A model generated the notes under the pieces. It did no database searches, was not told the DNA's origin, and was given only the letters and a program-made list of their open reading frames with translations. The position numbers and the translations under genes are program-made. A stretch of 64,000 nt of DNA from the human T2T-CHM13v2.0 reference genome, Homo sapiens: NCBI RefSeq assembly GCF_009914755.1, contig NC_060935.1; one strand, 5' to 3'. Positions 1-12,853 of this stretch are shown one piece after another. Positions within the stretch are counted from its first letter, which is position 1. Each line of letters opens with the position of its first letter.

Positions 1-745
1 CAAACACACAACAATGATGGTGGCAAAGTACCTGTATATAGCCCTTTCCCATTTTTTGCATTATGTTCTTAACTCCTTAATGTGGAATTTTCCAGCAAAA
101 TGTTTAACTCAGGTGTGATTTTTGAAAATGTCTCTGTAATATTTTATCTTCTTTAAAAAAAAGGGGGGGAAATACCAAAGTGTGAAATACTGTGCTACCT
201 TCCAGAGTTCCCACATGGGCTGGGATTTTTTTTTCTTTTTCTTTTTTTTTTTTTTTTTTGAGACAGTCTTGCTCCAGCCCAGGCTGGAGTGCAGTGGCAT
301 GATCTTGGCTCACTGCATGCTCTGCCACTTGGGTTCAAGCGATTCTCCTACCTCAGCCTCTCAAGTAGCGGGATTACAGGCGCCCACCACCAAAAATTAG
401 CCCAGCTAATTTTTGTATTTTTAGTAGAGATGGGGTTTCACCATGTTGGTCAGGCTGGTCTTGAACTCCTGACCTCCTGATCCACCCACCTCAGCGTCCC
501 GAAGTGCTGGGATTACAGGTGTGAGCCACCGCGCCTGGCCTGGGCTGGGAATCTTTGTTGACTTCTTTGGGAACATTATCTCTAGAGTCTGCTTTTTTGT
601 GGGCCAGTTTGTAGAGATGTAACATGAAGCCATTCCAGAAATGGTAACTTAAAAAAAAAAAGACTACATGTCTAGGAAACTGTTGAGATTCAAAGGAATC
701 TCACTGTTCCTAAATAAATGTGTATAGTGATTATGAAAAGTATCC
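1..745 (+). other. POU2F3: Probable distal 3' UTR and poly(A) site of the upstream gene (POU2F3 by synteny)
   Basis: AATAAA at 713-718 followed by a GT/T-rich downstream element (770-800). Gene identity rests only on the recalled order POU2F3-TLCD5-ARHGEF12; no coding sequence is visible. Confidence 0.4.
226..540 (-). mobile_element. Alu (AluS-like)
   Basis: Poly(T) then reverse Alu dimer ending cgcctggcc; TSD tgggctggga on both sides. Confidence 0.93.
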
Positions 746-1147
746 CACTGTTGATAAGAAGAGGTTTAGATTCTTGTTCTGTGCCTTTTTGTTGTTGTGG
801 GGGGCATGTGAGTGCATATAATGAAATGGGATGACAGAAAATGTTTCAAATTGGGACATTAAGTGTATTACTCCCCAAACTGATGCTAAAGATGACATAT
901 GTTATTACAGGGCCCTGAAGAATTCAGAGTTGTTACTCTCTGTAACATAACTACCTTGAGGGCAGAGTAGGCCAGAGATATTGTAAGTGGGAGGATGGTG
1001 AATGTTTAAGGTGAAGTCATTTGAAACTTAAGAGGTGGGGACTGAGGCTAATGTCTCATGTCTCAGATACCCTGAACGGCAGTTATTCATTACTCACAAC
1101 ATAAAGCAATAAATAGTTAAGGCAGAGGGTAATTTAATAATCACATA

Positions 1148-1298
1148 TTAGCTGGGCTTGGTGGTGTATGCCTGTAGTCCCAGCTACTGAAGAGCCTGAG
1201 ATGGGAGGATCTATTAAGCCCAGGAAGTCAAGGCTGCAGTGAGCAATGATCATGCCGCTGCACTCCAGCCTGAACAACAGAGTGAGACCCTGTCTCAA
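1148..1298 (+). mobile_element. Alu right monomer (FRAM/AluJ-like)
   Basis: ttagctgggc...tgtagtcccagctact...gagaccctgtctcaaa. Confidence 0.85.
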
Positions 1299-1315
1299 AT
1301 ATACATATTTGTCTC

Positions 1316-1318
<3 letters not shown>

Positions 1319-1362
<44 letters not shown>
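1319..1362. repeat. (TA)n microsatellite
   Basis: About 22 uninterrupted TA units. Confidence 0.97.
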
Positions 1363-1366
<4 letters not shown>

Positions 1367-1464
1367 TTCAGAATGCATTGTGACTTTTGGTTAGGAGGTT
1401 GAAAGGCAGCAAACCTATTCTTGTGTTTTTTCTTAGATTAATACAAATTTAAATAGTTACCGTT

Positions 1465-1551
1465 GGAGCCTGCAGTGAGCCAAGATTGTGCCACTGCACT
1501 CCGGCCTGGGCGACAGAGCGAGACTCCGTCTCAAAAAATAAAATAAGTAAT
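1465..1551 (+). mobile_element. Severely 5'-truncated Alu with TSD
   Basis: Last ~70 nt of Alu plus A-rich tail; TSD aaatagttacc(g/a)tt at 1451-1464 and 1552-1565. Confidence 0.88.
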
Positions 1552-2283
1552 AAATAGTTACCATTACTGAGATAAACGCTGACCTGTGGGAAAGAGAGGC
1601 CCTTCAAAAATGTAATGGCTGATGGGGAAAAACTAAAATTAGGATTAAACACTTCTTGCAAATAATAATATCCACACAGGAAACCTAAATATTAATAATG
1701 AAGAGTTAACCGCTCCCTGATGTTTGAATGGGGCTTTAAAAATTCCTATTTCACGTCATGAAGTGGGAGAAGGCCTAATGGTAATGTTTACTTTCTCAAG
1801 AAAATATCTAGTTAAAAGGGGCCAGGTATGTAGCAAAGAGACAGCAAGAGGAGCCTTCCGCAGTACTTTAAGTAACTAAGGGGACTGCTCCACCACCCAT
1901 GAGCCCATCTGTGCATATCCCTGCACACATACACATGCATGCATGCATTCCTCCCTGTATGCCGATGGATGCTAGAGCTGACCCTTTTCTACAGAAGTCC
2001 TGGCTACCTTGACATCCTACTCAGGTGAGTGCTGAAAGCTGATCCTCTGCATTGTCCAAAACTTGGATTTTCATCCATTTGCCCGTGATTTTTTATGAAA
2101 GAAATAAACAGAATTGTAGCCTGTTCAGACTCCAGTAGCTTTCCTTGCCAACTAACTTGGACATTGCTGAACAGAATCAAGCCTGAAAGTGAGCAAGGTC
2201 ACCTTTCATGTCTGCATGATTCTGTAAAATCTGTAATTCCAGGGAAGTTTAACTGAAGCTTGATTCGCCGCCTCAGCATCTAA

Positions 2284-2667
<384 letters not shown>

Positions 2668-3131
2668 GAACTGTATTTCATACTCTGATGTTTAGTTGAC
2701 TCAAAACGGGTGGGCCCAGCTCTGCCCTCCTAAGACAAAGTAAGAACTTTTGGTCTGACTCAGAGACTGAGTTTATTAACCCTAGGACTCAAAGCAGGAA
2801 CCCTGGCCGGAGCTCCCAGGTTGCCAGGGTTCCTCTTGTGCTCTGTGTGGCCCCACCATAGCTCACCTGCTGACTCTTCTGCCTCTTCCTTCTGTGGGGG
2901 GAACTCCTTGCAGTTGAGGCTTTTTTTTTTTTTTTCTGTATCCCTGTGGCTAACATTGTGACTAGCACATAACAGGCAGTTATGTTTTTTAAATATAAAA
3001 TTCCCTTTTTTTCCCTCTAAATTTTTAATGCCCTTCACTGAGATAGGAGTTGTGAATACAGCAGAATACAGTGCAAACCTGCAGGAATTTTTAGGTAAGT
3101 GGAGGCAGCATATCACAGTGGTTAAGGGCAT

Positions 3132-3566
3132 TGTCATGCCAGACCCCTATTGACTTCAGGAGGGATAGCACCAGATTCAAGAGGCCAGAGACCAAGAGCC
3201 AACAAATGCGACATAGGGTTTGTTGAGGGGAACTTACATAAGAGGGATCCGGTGGCAACAGGCTGGACAGGAGAACCACCACTGCCTGCAGAAAGCACGC
3301 AGTTTACATGGCACTCTCATCTAACACCCTCCCGCTAACAACCTCCACCTGGCAACCTTCATTTACCCCAAAACAAAGGGCCTCAGCCCCCTGTATGGCC
3401 CATGTTCCAAGGGCTGGGCCAGGGGCTCAGATGTTCCTCATACATAAGGAATAATCTCTGGGTTGGCCACGCTTGGAACACTAGACACACATTCAGGTGT
3501 GTCTGCCACACAGGGTCATTCTCAGGTTATACTTAAGTTACCGCTGTCAGGTGCATCTGCCATACA
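3132..3566 (-). mobile_element. Solo LTR, LTR47-like (ERVL)
   Basis: TG...CA ends, 5-bp TSD ggcat/ggcgt; reverse strand starts tgtatggcagatgcacctgacagc, as in the recalled LTR47 consensus. Confidence 0.75.
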
Positions 3567-3728
3567 GGCGTGATCTCCAGAGTCATATTGCCTGGGTTTG
3601 TACCCTACTCTGCCTCCTACTAACCGTGTCATCTTGGGAAAGCCTTGACTGCTCCATGACTCAGTTTCTCACCTGTAAAATGGAGATAACAATAGGTCCC
3701 ATCCCATAGAATTGTTTGTGAGGATTGA

Positions 3729-3813
3729 GTGTGTGTATATATATATGTATGTGTATGTGTATGCATATATATGTGTGTGTGTGTATACATATATATGTAT
3801 ATGTGTATATATA

Positions 3814-3844
<31 letters not shown>

Positions 3845-3846
3845 GT
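3729..3846. repeat. Compound (TG)n/(TA)n microsatellite
   Basis: Seen directly in the sequence. Confidence 0.95.
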
Positions 3847-4436
3847 AGTGCTTGGAACAATGCCTGGTACATTAATAAGGGCAGTATAGGTGTTATTTGT
3901 TATTATTGTGATTATTATTCTCATTGCTATTAAATTGGTGGAGAGCTTCCTGTCCCCTGCTCTCCTTAACAGCCCAGAATTTCTGGGGGATGCTACCGGT
4001 GACAAGGATCTGATTTGGTGGAACAGGGATTGTGGCCAAAGATACATATATCAACAAAATTTAATCCTAGGTCATGAAGCTTGAACCTAGAATCCCAGTC
4101 ACCCTAGGATAAAGGCTCAATATTTTAGGAAGAACTGGCTCCTTCCCTTTTACCTTACCCCCTCAGCCTTTAGGCTCCTGAAGGCTTTAGTACCCTACTT
4201 TTGTGGGAAATGATGGCAGCAAGAAGAAAGTCCAGATTCAGATACTAGAAAAAAAATACTGCAACAAAACAAATGGGGGAAAGGGTGAGCTCTGCATACT
4301 CTCCATTCAGTGAAGTGGAGCCTTCCATGTTTTACTTCTCCAGACTATCATTACCTGTTATCCGGTCTATCCTAACACATGTGTAACAGGCCTTCTGCAA
4401 TTCATCTTACACTGATTTTAATTGAGTATTGCTAGA

Positions 4437-5050
4437 GCTGGGGTTCTCAACTTTGGTTGCACATTGGAATCACCCAGGGAGCTTTTAAATTGATTGATAT
4501 CTACACAGAGATTCTGATTTACTTTTTTCGGAGTGTGCCCTGGGTATTAGGATTTTAAATAGCTCCCAAGTGATACTACCATGCTATCAAGATTAAGAAC
4601 TACGACCCAAATGTGTATACGAATCACTGGGGAACTTGTTAAAATGCACATTCTAGTTTGGTAGGTCCAGGGGTAGGTTCTGAGATTCTGAGTCTCTAAT
4701 GAACTCCAAGGTGATGCAGATTTTGCTGGTCCATAGACCACACTTTGAGTAGCAAGGGCTTGGAGAGCATGATAATATGATTCCCTTGTTCAATAACATC
4801 ATGAGCTTCCACATAATAAGCTCTCTCAGCCTGGCATCTTAGGCTGGCATCAGAGGCATTTAAGGACTCTAACAGCAATGGTTATCAAATGTGATCGTCT
4901 GAATGACTCCTGGGCAGGTTTTAAAAAATACAGATCCCTGGACCCCATACCAGACCTAATAAATCATAATATTCAAGGTACAGCCTGCACAGGGTATTTG
5001 AAAACACTTCCCAAGTGGCATAGTTGATCAACACACTTTAGGAACTGTGA
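4437..5050. mobile_element. Cluster of about three MER5-family (hAT-Charlie) MITEs
   Basis: ggttctcaactttggttgcacattggaatcacc; gaatcactggggaacttgttaaaatgca...gaccacactttgagtagc; cagatccctggacccc. Confidence 0.7.
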
Positions 5051-5429
5051 TATGCTTCCAAGATAGTTTCCCAGGCTCATTTCACATTAATTCAACATAC
5101 AAACATTTATTGTACCTGCCTCATGCTAGGTACTAGGGAAACAAAGATGAAACCAGTGCCATCCTTACCTTTGAAGAGTTGGTAAGATAAATGACCAAAA
5201 CTAGAATATTTACTATTCCCCAGGCACGGCCTAAACACTCACACCTCTGCTAACGGTCTTCTCCTTTGAGAATGTCTAGGTTCCTCAGCACCCGGGATTG
5301 CCTGTCCTGATCAATCAAGACAGACACCGTCTTTACCCCATTCGAGCCTCCATTCTTATCGCTCAAACTTACTCTGCTTGGTATTAAAATAGAACCAGAG
5401 AAGAAAAGGATTTACCCAAAGTGAAATAA

Positions 5430-5620
5430 AACAGTTGGTATTTATGTAGTGACTTCCATGTGCCAGTCATTGTTCAAAGCACTTTACACATGTAATATTT
5501 TAAAATTCTCAAAATAACCATATGAGATAGGTGTTATTACTATCCCCATCCTCAGGATCGAGGAAAGGGAGGCAACAGAAAAGTAACTTGCCCAAAGAGG
5601 TACCAAGCAAGGTTCACTTT
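5430..5620 (-). mobile_element. MIR fragment
   Basis: tactatccccatcctcagg...gaggcaacagaaaagtaacttgcccaa. Confidence 0.6.
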
Positions 5621-5899
5621 CAAGCCTTATGCTTTACTGTCAAGTTGGTTACAGGGCTGACTGGAATACTGTAACTTCTAATTCTCAGGCCTGAGCACTT
5701 TCCTGCTCATCAATTCCTGTTTCACGACTTAAATTCAAGCACGAGGGCAAGAACGATGTCTTACATCCCCCACAATGCCTAGTAAGGGTGCAAGTACTTA
5801 GTAGGTACTCGATAAATTGATTGGATGAGCTGTCCCATTGAGGGGAGGGGAGAAGTGGATAATGATTTAAACAAACAACAACAGCTAAACAAGAGCAGC

Positions 5900-6560
5900 G
5901 GCCTCCAGGTCTCACGTCACCGCTAGATCCCTCTTGACCCCCCCGCCAGAGAAGGAGGACCCTCCCGCGCCCTTTCGGAGCGTCGGTGGCCCGGCTCCGG
6001 CTCTGCGCTCCATCCTCCCAGCCAGCAGGTGCCCCCAGACCCCCGGCTCCTCCTCCGCCGCCGTCACAGCCTCGTCCTCCGCCTCTGGCTCCTCCGCTTC
6101 CTGTTGCCGCGATCCGGGCCGGGAGCTGCGGGCGCCCGGGCGCCCGAGGCTTCCCGGTGCGCTCCGCCAGGTAACCGCTCGGCGCGAACTGCCCGGCCGG
6201 GGTGGGCACGGGGCCCGCGCGGCCCATTGGTGGGGAAGGAGGCGGCAGAGGGCCCGGGCTCGCCTCCGAAGGGGAGCGGGCCTCCTCCTGCCTCGGACGC
6301 CCGAGGCCTTCCTGCGCCAGGCTGCGGCGCCAGCGGGATGCGGGGATAACGGTGCCTGGCTCCGGCTCTTGGTCCGGGCGTGGCCGAGCGTCGCAGGCAC
6401 CGCCGCGCGGAGATGCGATCGCCGTCCCTGCGAGGCCCCGGGGCCCGCGCTCGCCGCCAGCCACGCCTGCTCCAAGGCTCCTCCTCGCCAGTCTGGCCCT
6501 GGAACGGGAGAAACCAGGAGAGGAGCCTTGGACCTCTGAGCCGCGATGGCCTTCCAAATG
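5900..6560 (+). promoter_or_regulatory. TLCD5: CpG island / TLCD5 promoter
   Basis: High GC and CpG density upstream of the TLCD5 coding exons; CRE/E-box-like tcacgtca at 5912-5919. Confidence 0.85.
6040..6170 (+). other. TLCD5: TLCD5 non-coding exon 1 (start approximate)
   Basis: Strong donor CAG|GTAACC at 6170/6171 inside the CpG island. Confidence 0.65.
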
Positions 6561-8162
6561 CCCTTCCGTTCTTTGGCAAAAACCAAGAGCAAAAAGCCGA
6601 AACCCACACAGGGAGTTCCCAAGGTCACAGAGTTGTGTCTGCCATTTACGAATGTCTGTTCTTTTATTTAAGTGTTTGTAAATGGGCTACTGTTTTCTCT
6701 GTTCTGCCAAGGAATTAGGATTCAGAGAAGAAGACTCTAAAAATACTAATAGGCATATCCAAATGAGCTGATCCGCATTACTGGCCAGTGACCCTGGCCT
6801 TTAGAAGGAGATAAGGGAGGGCAGTTCTCTTCACCTGGGATACTTTGTATTTCTGGCCCTTACTCTGAGAATTGGCCTTGATGTTTTACAAAGTTTATCT
6901 CAGAACTCCATGTCAGAACTGGACCGGACTGTAGAGTTCTTCAGTCCTAGTCTCTTTCTTTCCTTTCCCTTCCTCCCCTTCCTCTTCCTTCTTTTCTTTT
7001 CTTTAATTTCTTCTTTTTTTTTTTAACTGTGGTTCTAGAGGTTAAAGTGATTTGCCCACACTCTTATGGCTAGTCTCTCTAGGGACAGAGACAGAATTGG
7101 AACCCAGGTCTATTATGGACACCTACGGTTTTCTTGAATGGAAATCTGATTTCAGATGAAAGCTGTACAGAACTTGACCTTCATGAAGCCCTCTCTGGAT
7201 AGCATTCTTGGGAAGTGGCTTGTGTATTGACGTCCACAGATAACTATTTCACTGGTCAGAATAAGGTTAAGCAATAAGCATAGCCATGCAGAAAATGTCT
7301 GCTGAGATGAAGTAGATATCTGATATGTTTTTGACTTTTTATTTGTACGTTTCAATGGAGGAGCTAATGAATACTAACTAATAACAACATCTTGCTCATT
7401 TAGATTTTAGTCCTGTGTGACTAAATTGACTCAGTTATAGTTGTTCTTGTCCTAACGTATTTGTCACCAGTAAAAGTTCCAAGGTACAGCTTTCTGGCTT
7501 CATTTCATTTTTAACTGAATAATTGCCTTAAGGATATTTTTAGATCTCAACAAAAACTCCCCTCCTCTTGAACCTTAGAATCCTTCTGCTTCACTCTTGG
7601 CAAATCTTTGGGTCGGATTTCAGAACTGAATAAAGCCAGGATTTCCCCCCAACCTCCAAGATGTCTGGACTCTTTGTTTAGTTCTGTATTTAAGTTTATC
7701 CCAAGTTTTGTTTTTGACTGATGAACCTGTGACCCAAATCCAAACCTCAGCTGAATTTAGTATCAGCTTAAAACCACATTAAACTGCCATGTGTCATGTG
7801 ACCTCTAGCAGAAACCAACGTGGCAGTGTTCTGTTTTTTCATGAGTGCGTTTCATTGGGGTTTTTGAACTGTGAAGACATTATTTAATACATGTGCTTTA
7901 TTTTCTGTGTATTATTGCCCAAGGTCAGTCATCGCTAGAGGGTTATTATTGACATTTACTCATCATAAAATGTGATGTCAGCCTACCAGCTCGGAGTGCA
8001 GTTCCTGGTTTCCAGTTTACAACATTGACCAGTTGCTAACATGTTATCTCTGAGGAACTTGGAATGATAAATACAGCCATACTTAAATAGAAGATTCTTG
8101 GCCGTGTAGATAAGGAAAATAAGATAAGGCAATATTTTTGAACTATTCTATAATAGAAATGA

Positions 8163-8447
<285 letters not shown>

Positions 8448-8893
8448 TAGGGGATTTTCCCTTAGGGATTTATGATTTGGGGGTAGTCTTAGAAGTATGG
8501 GACTTTTAAACAGAATTTGTACAATACTGAAGACTAATTCCCATTATAATTTTGTATTGGAATCCTTATTCTTCTTCATTGTTAACTCTGATATTGTTTA
8601 TGTCACCTGTTGTTTCTGCTTTTCATAACTCTCTACTTTTAAAACAGATTTTAAATTGCTTGTTACAATTTAATTGGAAGTACAAAAACTATAAAGCCAG
8701 TATCAACATCTTCCACTACCACCCCCGAAAAGACAAAAATAGAACTGTATCATACATATTTTTGGCAACTTGCAACTTTTACTTGACTGTCTATTCAAAA
8801 GACAGCATCTTTCCATGTCTATGTTAAGAGGATGAGATGTTCCTTATCCTTTTTGTTACTAGATGTACAAGTGTTACTTTCAGAAGTATGCAA

Positions 8894-9182
8894 TTTTTTT
8901 TTTTTTGAGATGGAGTCTTGCTCTGTTGCCCAGGCTGGGGTGCAGTGGCTCAATCTCAGCAAGCTCCGCCTCCCAGGATCACGCCATTCTCCTGCCTCAG
9001 CCTCCCGAGTAGCTGGGACTACAGGTGCCCGCCACCATGCCCAGCTAATTTTTTTTGTATTTTTAGTAGAGATGGGGTTTCACTGTGTTAGTCAGGATGG
9101 TCTCGATCTCCTGACCTCGTGATCCACCCGCCTTGGCCTCCCAAAGTGCTGGGATTACAGGTGTGAGCCACCGCACCCGGCC
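8894..9182 (-). mobile_element. AluY-like
   Basis: Reverse Alu; TSD aagtatgcaa. Confidence 0.92.
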
Positions 9183-9206
9183 AAGTATGCAAAAATTTTA
9201 CCCCCT

Positions 9207-9478
9207 TGTATTAATTGGTTGGGGCTGCCATAACACAGTACCACAGAGTGGGTGGCTTAACCAGATGTTCATTTTCTTAAAATTCTAGAGGCTAGAAGTC
9301 GGAGTTCAAGTTGTTAGCAGGTTTGGTTTCTTCTGAGGCCTCTGTCCTTGGCTTGCACATGGCCGCTCTCCCACTGTGTCCTTCCATGGTCTCCCCTCTG
9401 TGTGTGTGTGTGTGTATGTGTGTGTGTTTGTATATGTATGCATATCTGTGTCCTAATCCCTTCTAAGGATAACAGTCA

Positions 9479-9516
<38 letters not shown>

Positions 9517-9564
9517 TTATGTATGCATACCTGTGTCCTAATCCCTTGTAAGGATAACAGTCAT

Positions 9565-9601
<37 letters not shown>

Positions 9602-9658
9602 ATGTGTTTGTATATGTATGCATATCTGTGTCCTAATCCCTTCTAAGGATAACAGTCA

Positions 9659-9698
<40 letters not shown>

Positions 9699-9748
9699 TT
9701 ATGTATGCATATCTGTGTCCTAATCCCTTCTAAGGATAACAGTCATAT

Positions 9749-9781
<33 letters not shown>

Positions 9782-9923
9782 TTGTATATGTATGCGTATC
9801 TGTGTCCTAATCCCTTCTAAGGATAACAGTCATATTGTGTGTGTGTGTGTGTGTGTGTGCGTGTATGTGTTTGTATATGTATGCATATCTGTGTCCTAAT
9901 CCCTTCTAAGGATAACAGTCATA

Positions 9924-9955
<32 letters not shown>

Positions 9956-10003
9956 TTATGTATGCATATCTGTGTCCTAATCCCTTCTAAGGATAACAGT
10001 CAT

Positions 10004-10042
<39 letters not shown>

Positions 10043-10176
10043 TTGTATATGTATGCGTATCTGTGTCCTAATCCCTTCTAAGGATAACAGTCATATTGTG
10101 TGTGTGTGTGTGTATGTGTATGTGTTTGTATATGTATGCATATCTGTGTCCTAATCCCTTCTAAGGATAACAGTCA

Positions 10177-10214
<38 letters not shown>

Positions 10215-10342
10215 TTATGTATGCATACCTGTGTCCTAATCCCTTGTAAGGATAACAGTCATTTTGTGTGTGTGTGTGTGTGCGTGTATGTTTGTATATG
10301 TATGCATATCTGTGTCCTAATCCCTTCTAAGGATAACAGTCA

Positions 10343-10378
<36 letters not shown>

Positions 10379-10427
10379 TTATGTATGCATACCTGTGTCC
10401 TAATCCCTTCTAAGGATAACAGTCATA

Positions 10428-10459
<32 letters not shown>

Positions 10460-10664
10460 TTATGTATGCATACCTGTGTCCTAATCCCTTCTAAGGATAA
10501 CAGTCATATTGTGTGTGTGTGTGTGCGCGTGTATGTTTGTATATGTATGCATATCTGTGTCCTAATCCCTTCTAAGGATAACAGTCATAGTGTGTGTGTG
10601 TGTGTGTGTGTATGTTTATGTATGCATATCTGTGTCCTAATCCCTTCTAAGGATAACAGTCATA

Positions 10665-10695
<31 letters not shown>

Positions 10696-10825
10696 TGTAT
10701 GTTTATGTATGCATATCTGTGTCCTAATCCCTTCTAAGGATAACAGTCATAGTGTGTGTGTGTGTGTATGTGTTTGTATATGTATGCGTATCTGTGTCCT
10801 TATCCCTTCTAAGGATAACAGTCAT

Positions 10826-10862
<37 letters not shown>

Positions 10863-11046
10863 ATGCATATCTGTGTCCTAATCCCTTTTAAGTATAACAG
10901 TCATATTGGATTACTCTAATTACCCCATTTTAACTTGATTACCTCTTTAAAGACCTTATTTTCAAATACACTCACATTCTGAGGTACTACCAGTTAAGGG
11001 CTTTAACGTGAATTTGGGGAGGGAGGACACAATGCAGCCCTTAACT
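9207..11046 (-). mobile_element. MLT1B-like MaLR solo LTR expanded by an internal VNTR
   Basis: gggctgccataacacagtaccacag...tctgaggcctct on the left and cattttaacttgattacctctttaaagacc...gacacaatgcagccc on the right match the recalled MLT1B consensus. Confidence 0.85.
9398..10908. repeat. VNTR, 18 units of ~84 bp: (TG)n plus constant ...atgcatatctgtgtcctaatcccttctaaggataacagtcata
   Basis: 18 copies of the core counted by hand. Confidence 0.97.
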
Positions 11047-11677
11047 CCCCTGGAATATAATTTTTAAAATATTTCTTTAGCTTTTCTTACTGAATTTCTG
11101 AGTTTCCCCCCAAACTGTCAAACTAATGAAACCAACTGTTACGCTTTGTGTTTTATGTGAAGATTCTAAATGGTTTCAAATATGTCAGGTCCTTAAAACC
11201 TATGTTCCTGGACATGAGCACACACTAACTTTTGGGGCCCTCTCCAGAATCTACTTTCAGGATGGGTTAAGACCACTGAGTGTTCAATAACGTAACCCAT
11301 TAAGCTGAGAAAAAAATCTGACATTCAGGAAACAATGATTCAAGAGTCTGGAAATAAACCTTTAGCAGAGTAAAAAAAAAAAATAAAGTTTAGGATTTTA
11401 ATTGAAGGAACAAAATAATTGGATTTTATGCTGTTCCGCGGAGAGGATACTGAGATTATTGCCTGTGTTCATTGAAGGATGCAAACTCATTGAAGTCTGA
11501 TTCATCAGAACAGCATTTCCTGGGGTCTGAACATCGTTTAGTTTGATAAAGACCTAGATTTTATATTTTAGTCTTTCTTTGGTCCTCATTAAAAAGCATG
11601 TGCCTGCTATTGTTTTTGTTTCTTTAGTGTCTAGTAAGGTTTGAAAGACAACAACATAGGATCCCTGTGCAAGGTAA

Positions 11678-12262
<585 letters not shown>

Positions 12263-12363
12263 CCAAGGCTTGCTCCAGATTATGGATTGGGTTAAGTCAG
12301 CCATGGGAACCAGGTTGGAAATATGACTGTTACATAATTACACTTATAACAAACTTAGGTTTC

Positions 12364-12651
12364 AATAAAGGGCTAAATGTATTGATCAATTTGGTCAGTC
12401 TTCAAGCCGAGCATATACCAGTATTAAAACACTAACTTCTACAGTAGCACAGTTGTAGAAAGTGAGAATACTCCATGGTAGTTGGGAATAAGTGAGAACT
12501 GTGAAGTGAGTACAACTGGCATTTGTTTTCATTTGTGGTGACCCTGGGTCCTCCTGTCCCTGGGAGGTTTGATGTTCAGGCAGTTTAGAAAGGAACTCGA
12601 AAAAGATTAGTGCTATTTCTTGTTCCTTTGAGAAGTAACTCTTTCAATAAA
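12364..12651 (+). terminator. TLCD5: Two candidate TLCD5 polyadenylation signals
   Basis: AATAAA at 12364-12369 and 12646-12651. Confidence 0.55.
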
Positions 12652-12853
12652 CACTTATTTCTGCTTTCCATATAGCAATTTATCTAAGTTTACCCCATTT
12701 ACTATAAAGTGAGGGGCTTACAGGAAGAGACACGCCTTTGACATTCTGAACATTAGATCGGGGAATTGGGTCGCTTAAACAGAGGGGCATAGGAGGGTGA
12801 GAGTGAAACTGGCAGTGAGGGGGAGGGCTACTTACTGAACCTCCTATACCAAC

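Larger units (their letters stand above)
3101..3915 (+). mobile_element. MIR, interrupted by a solo LTR and a TA/TG microsatellite
   Basis: MIR head ggcagcatatcacagtggttaag, core tcagtttctcacctgtaaaatggagataac, tail gtgcttggaacaatgcctgg. Confidence 0.75.

Noticed and set aside
104-633. Alu-derived ORFs here and throughout the window
   Set aside because: Typical Alu translations (LECSG, WDYR, LELLTS)
5685-6718. Long overlapping ORFs (up to 290 aa)
   Set aside because: Stop-poor CpG island, open in many frames, low-complexity G/P/R/A content, no recognisable family
9348-10891. Cys/Val-rich ORFs up to 180 aa
   Set aside because: Translations of the TG-rich VNTR
9398-10908. CRISPR-like array (constant, weakly palindromic repeat atcccttctaaggat with variable spacers)
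   Set aside because: Spacers are only (TG)n length variants, the repeat derives from MLT1B, the DNA is mammalian and there are no cas genes
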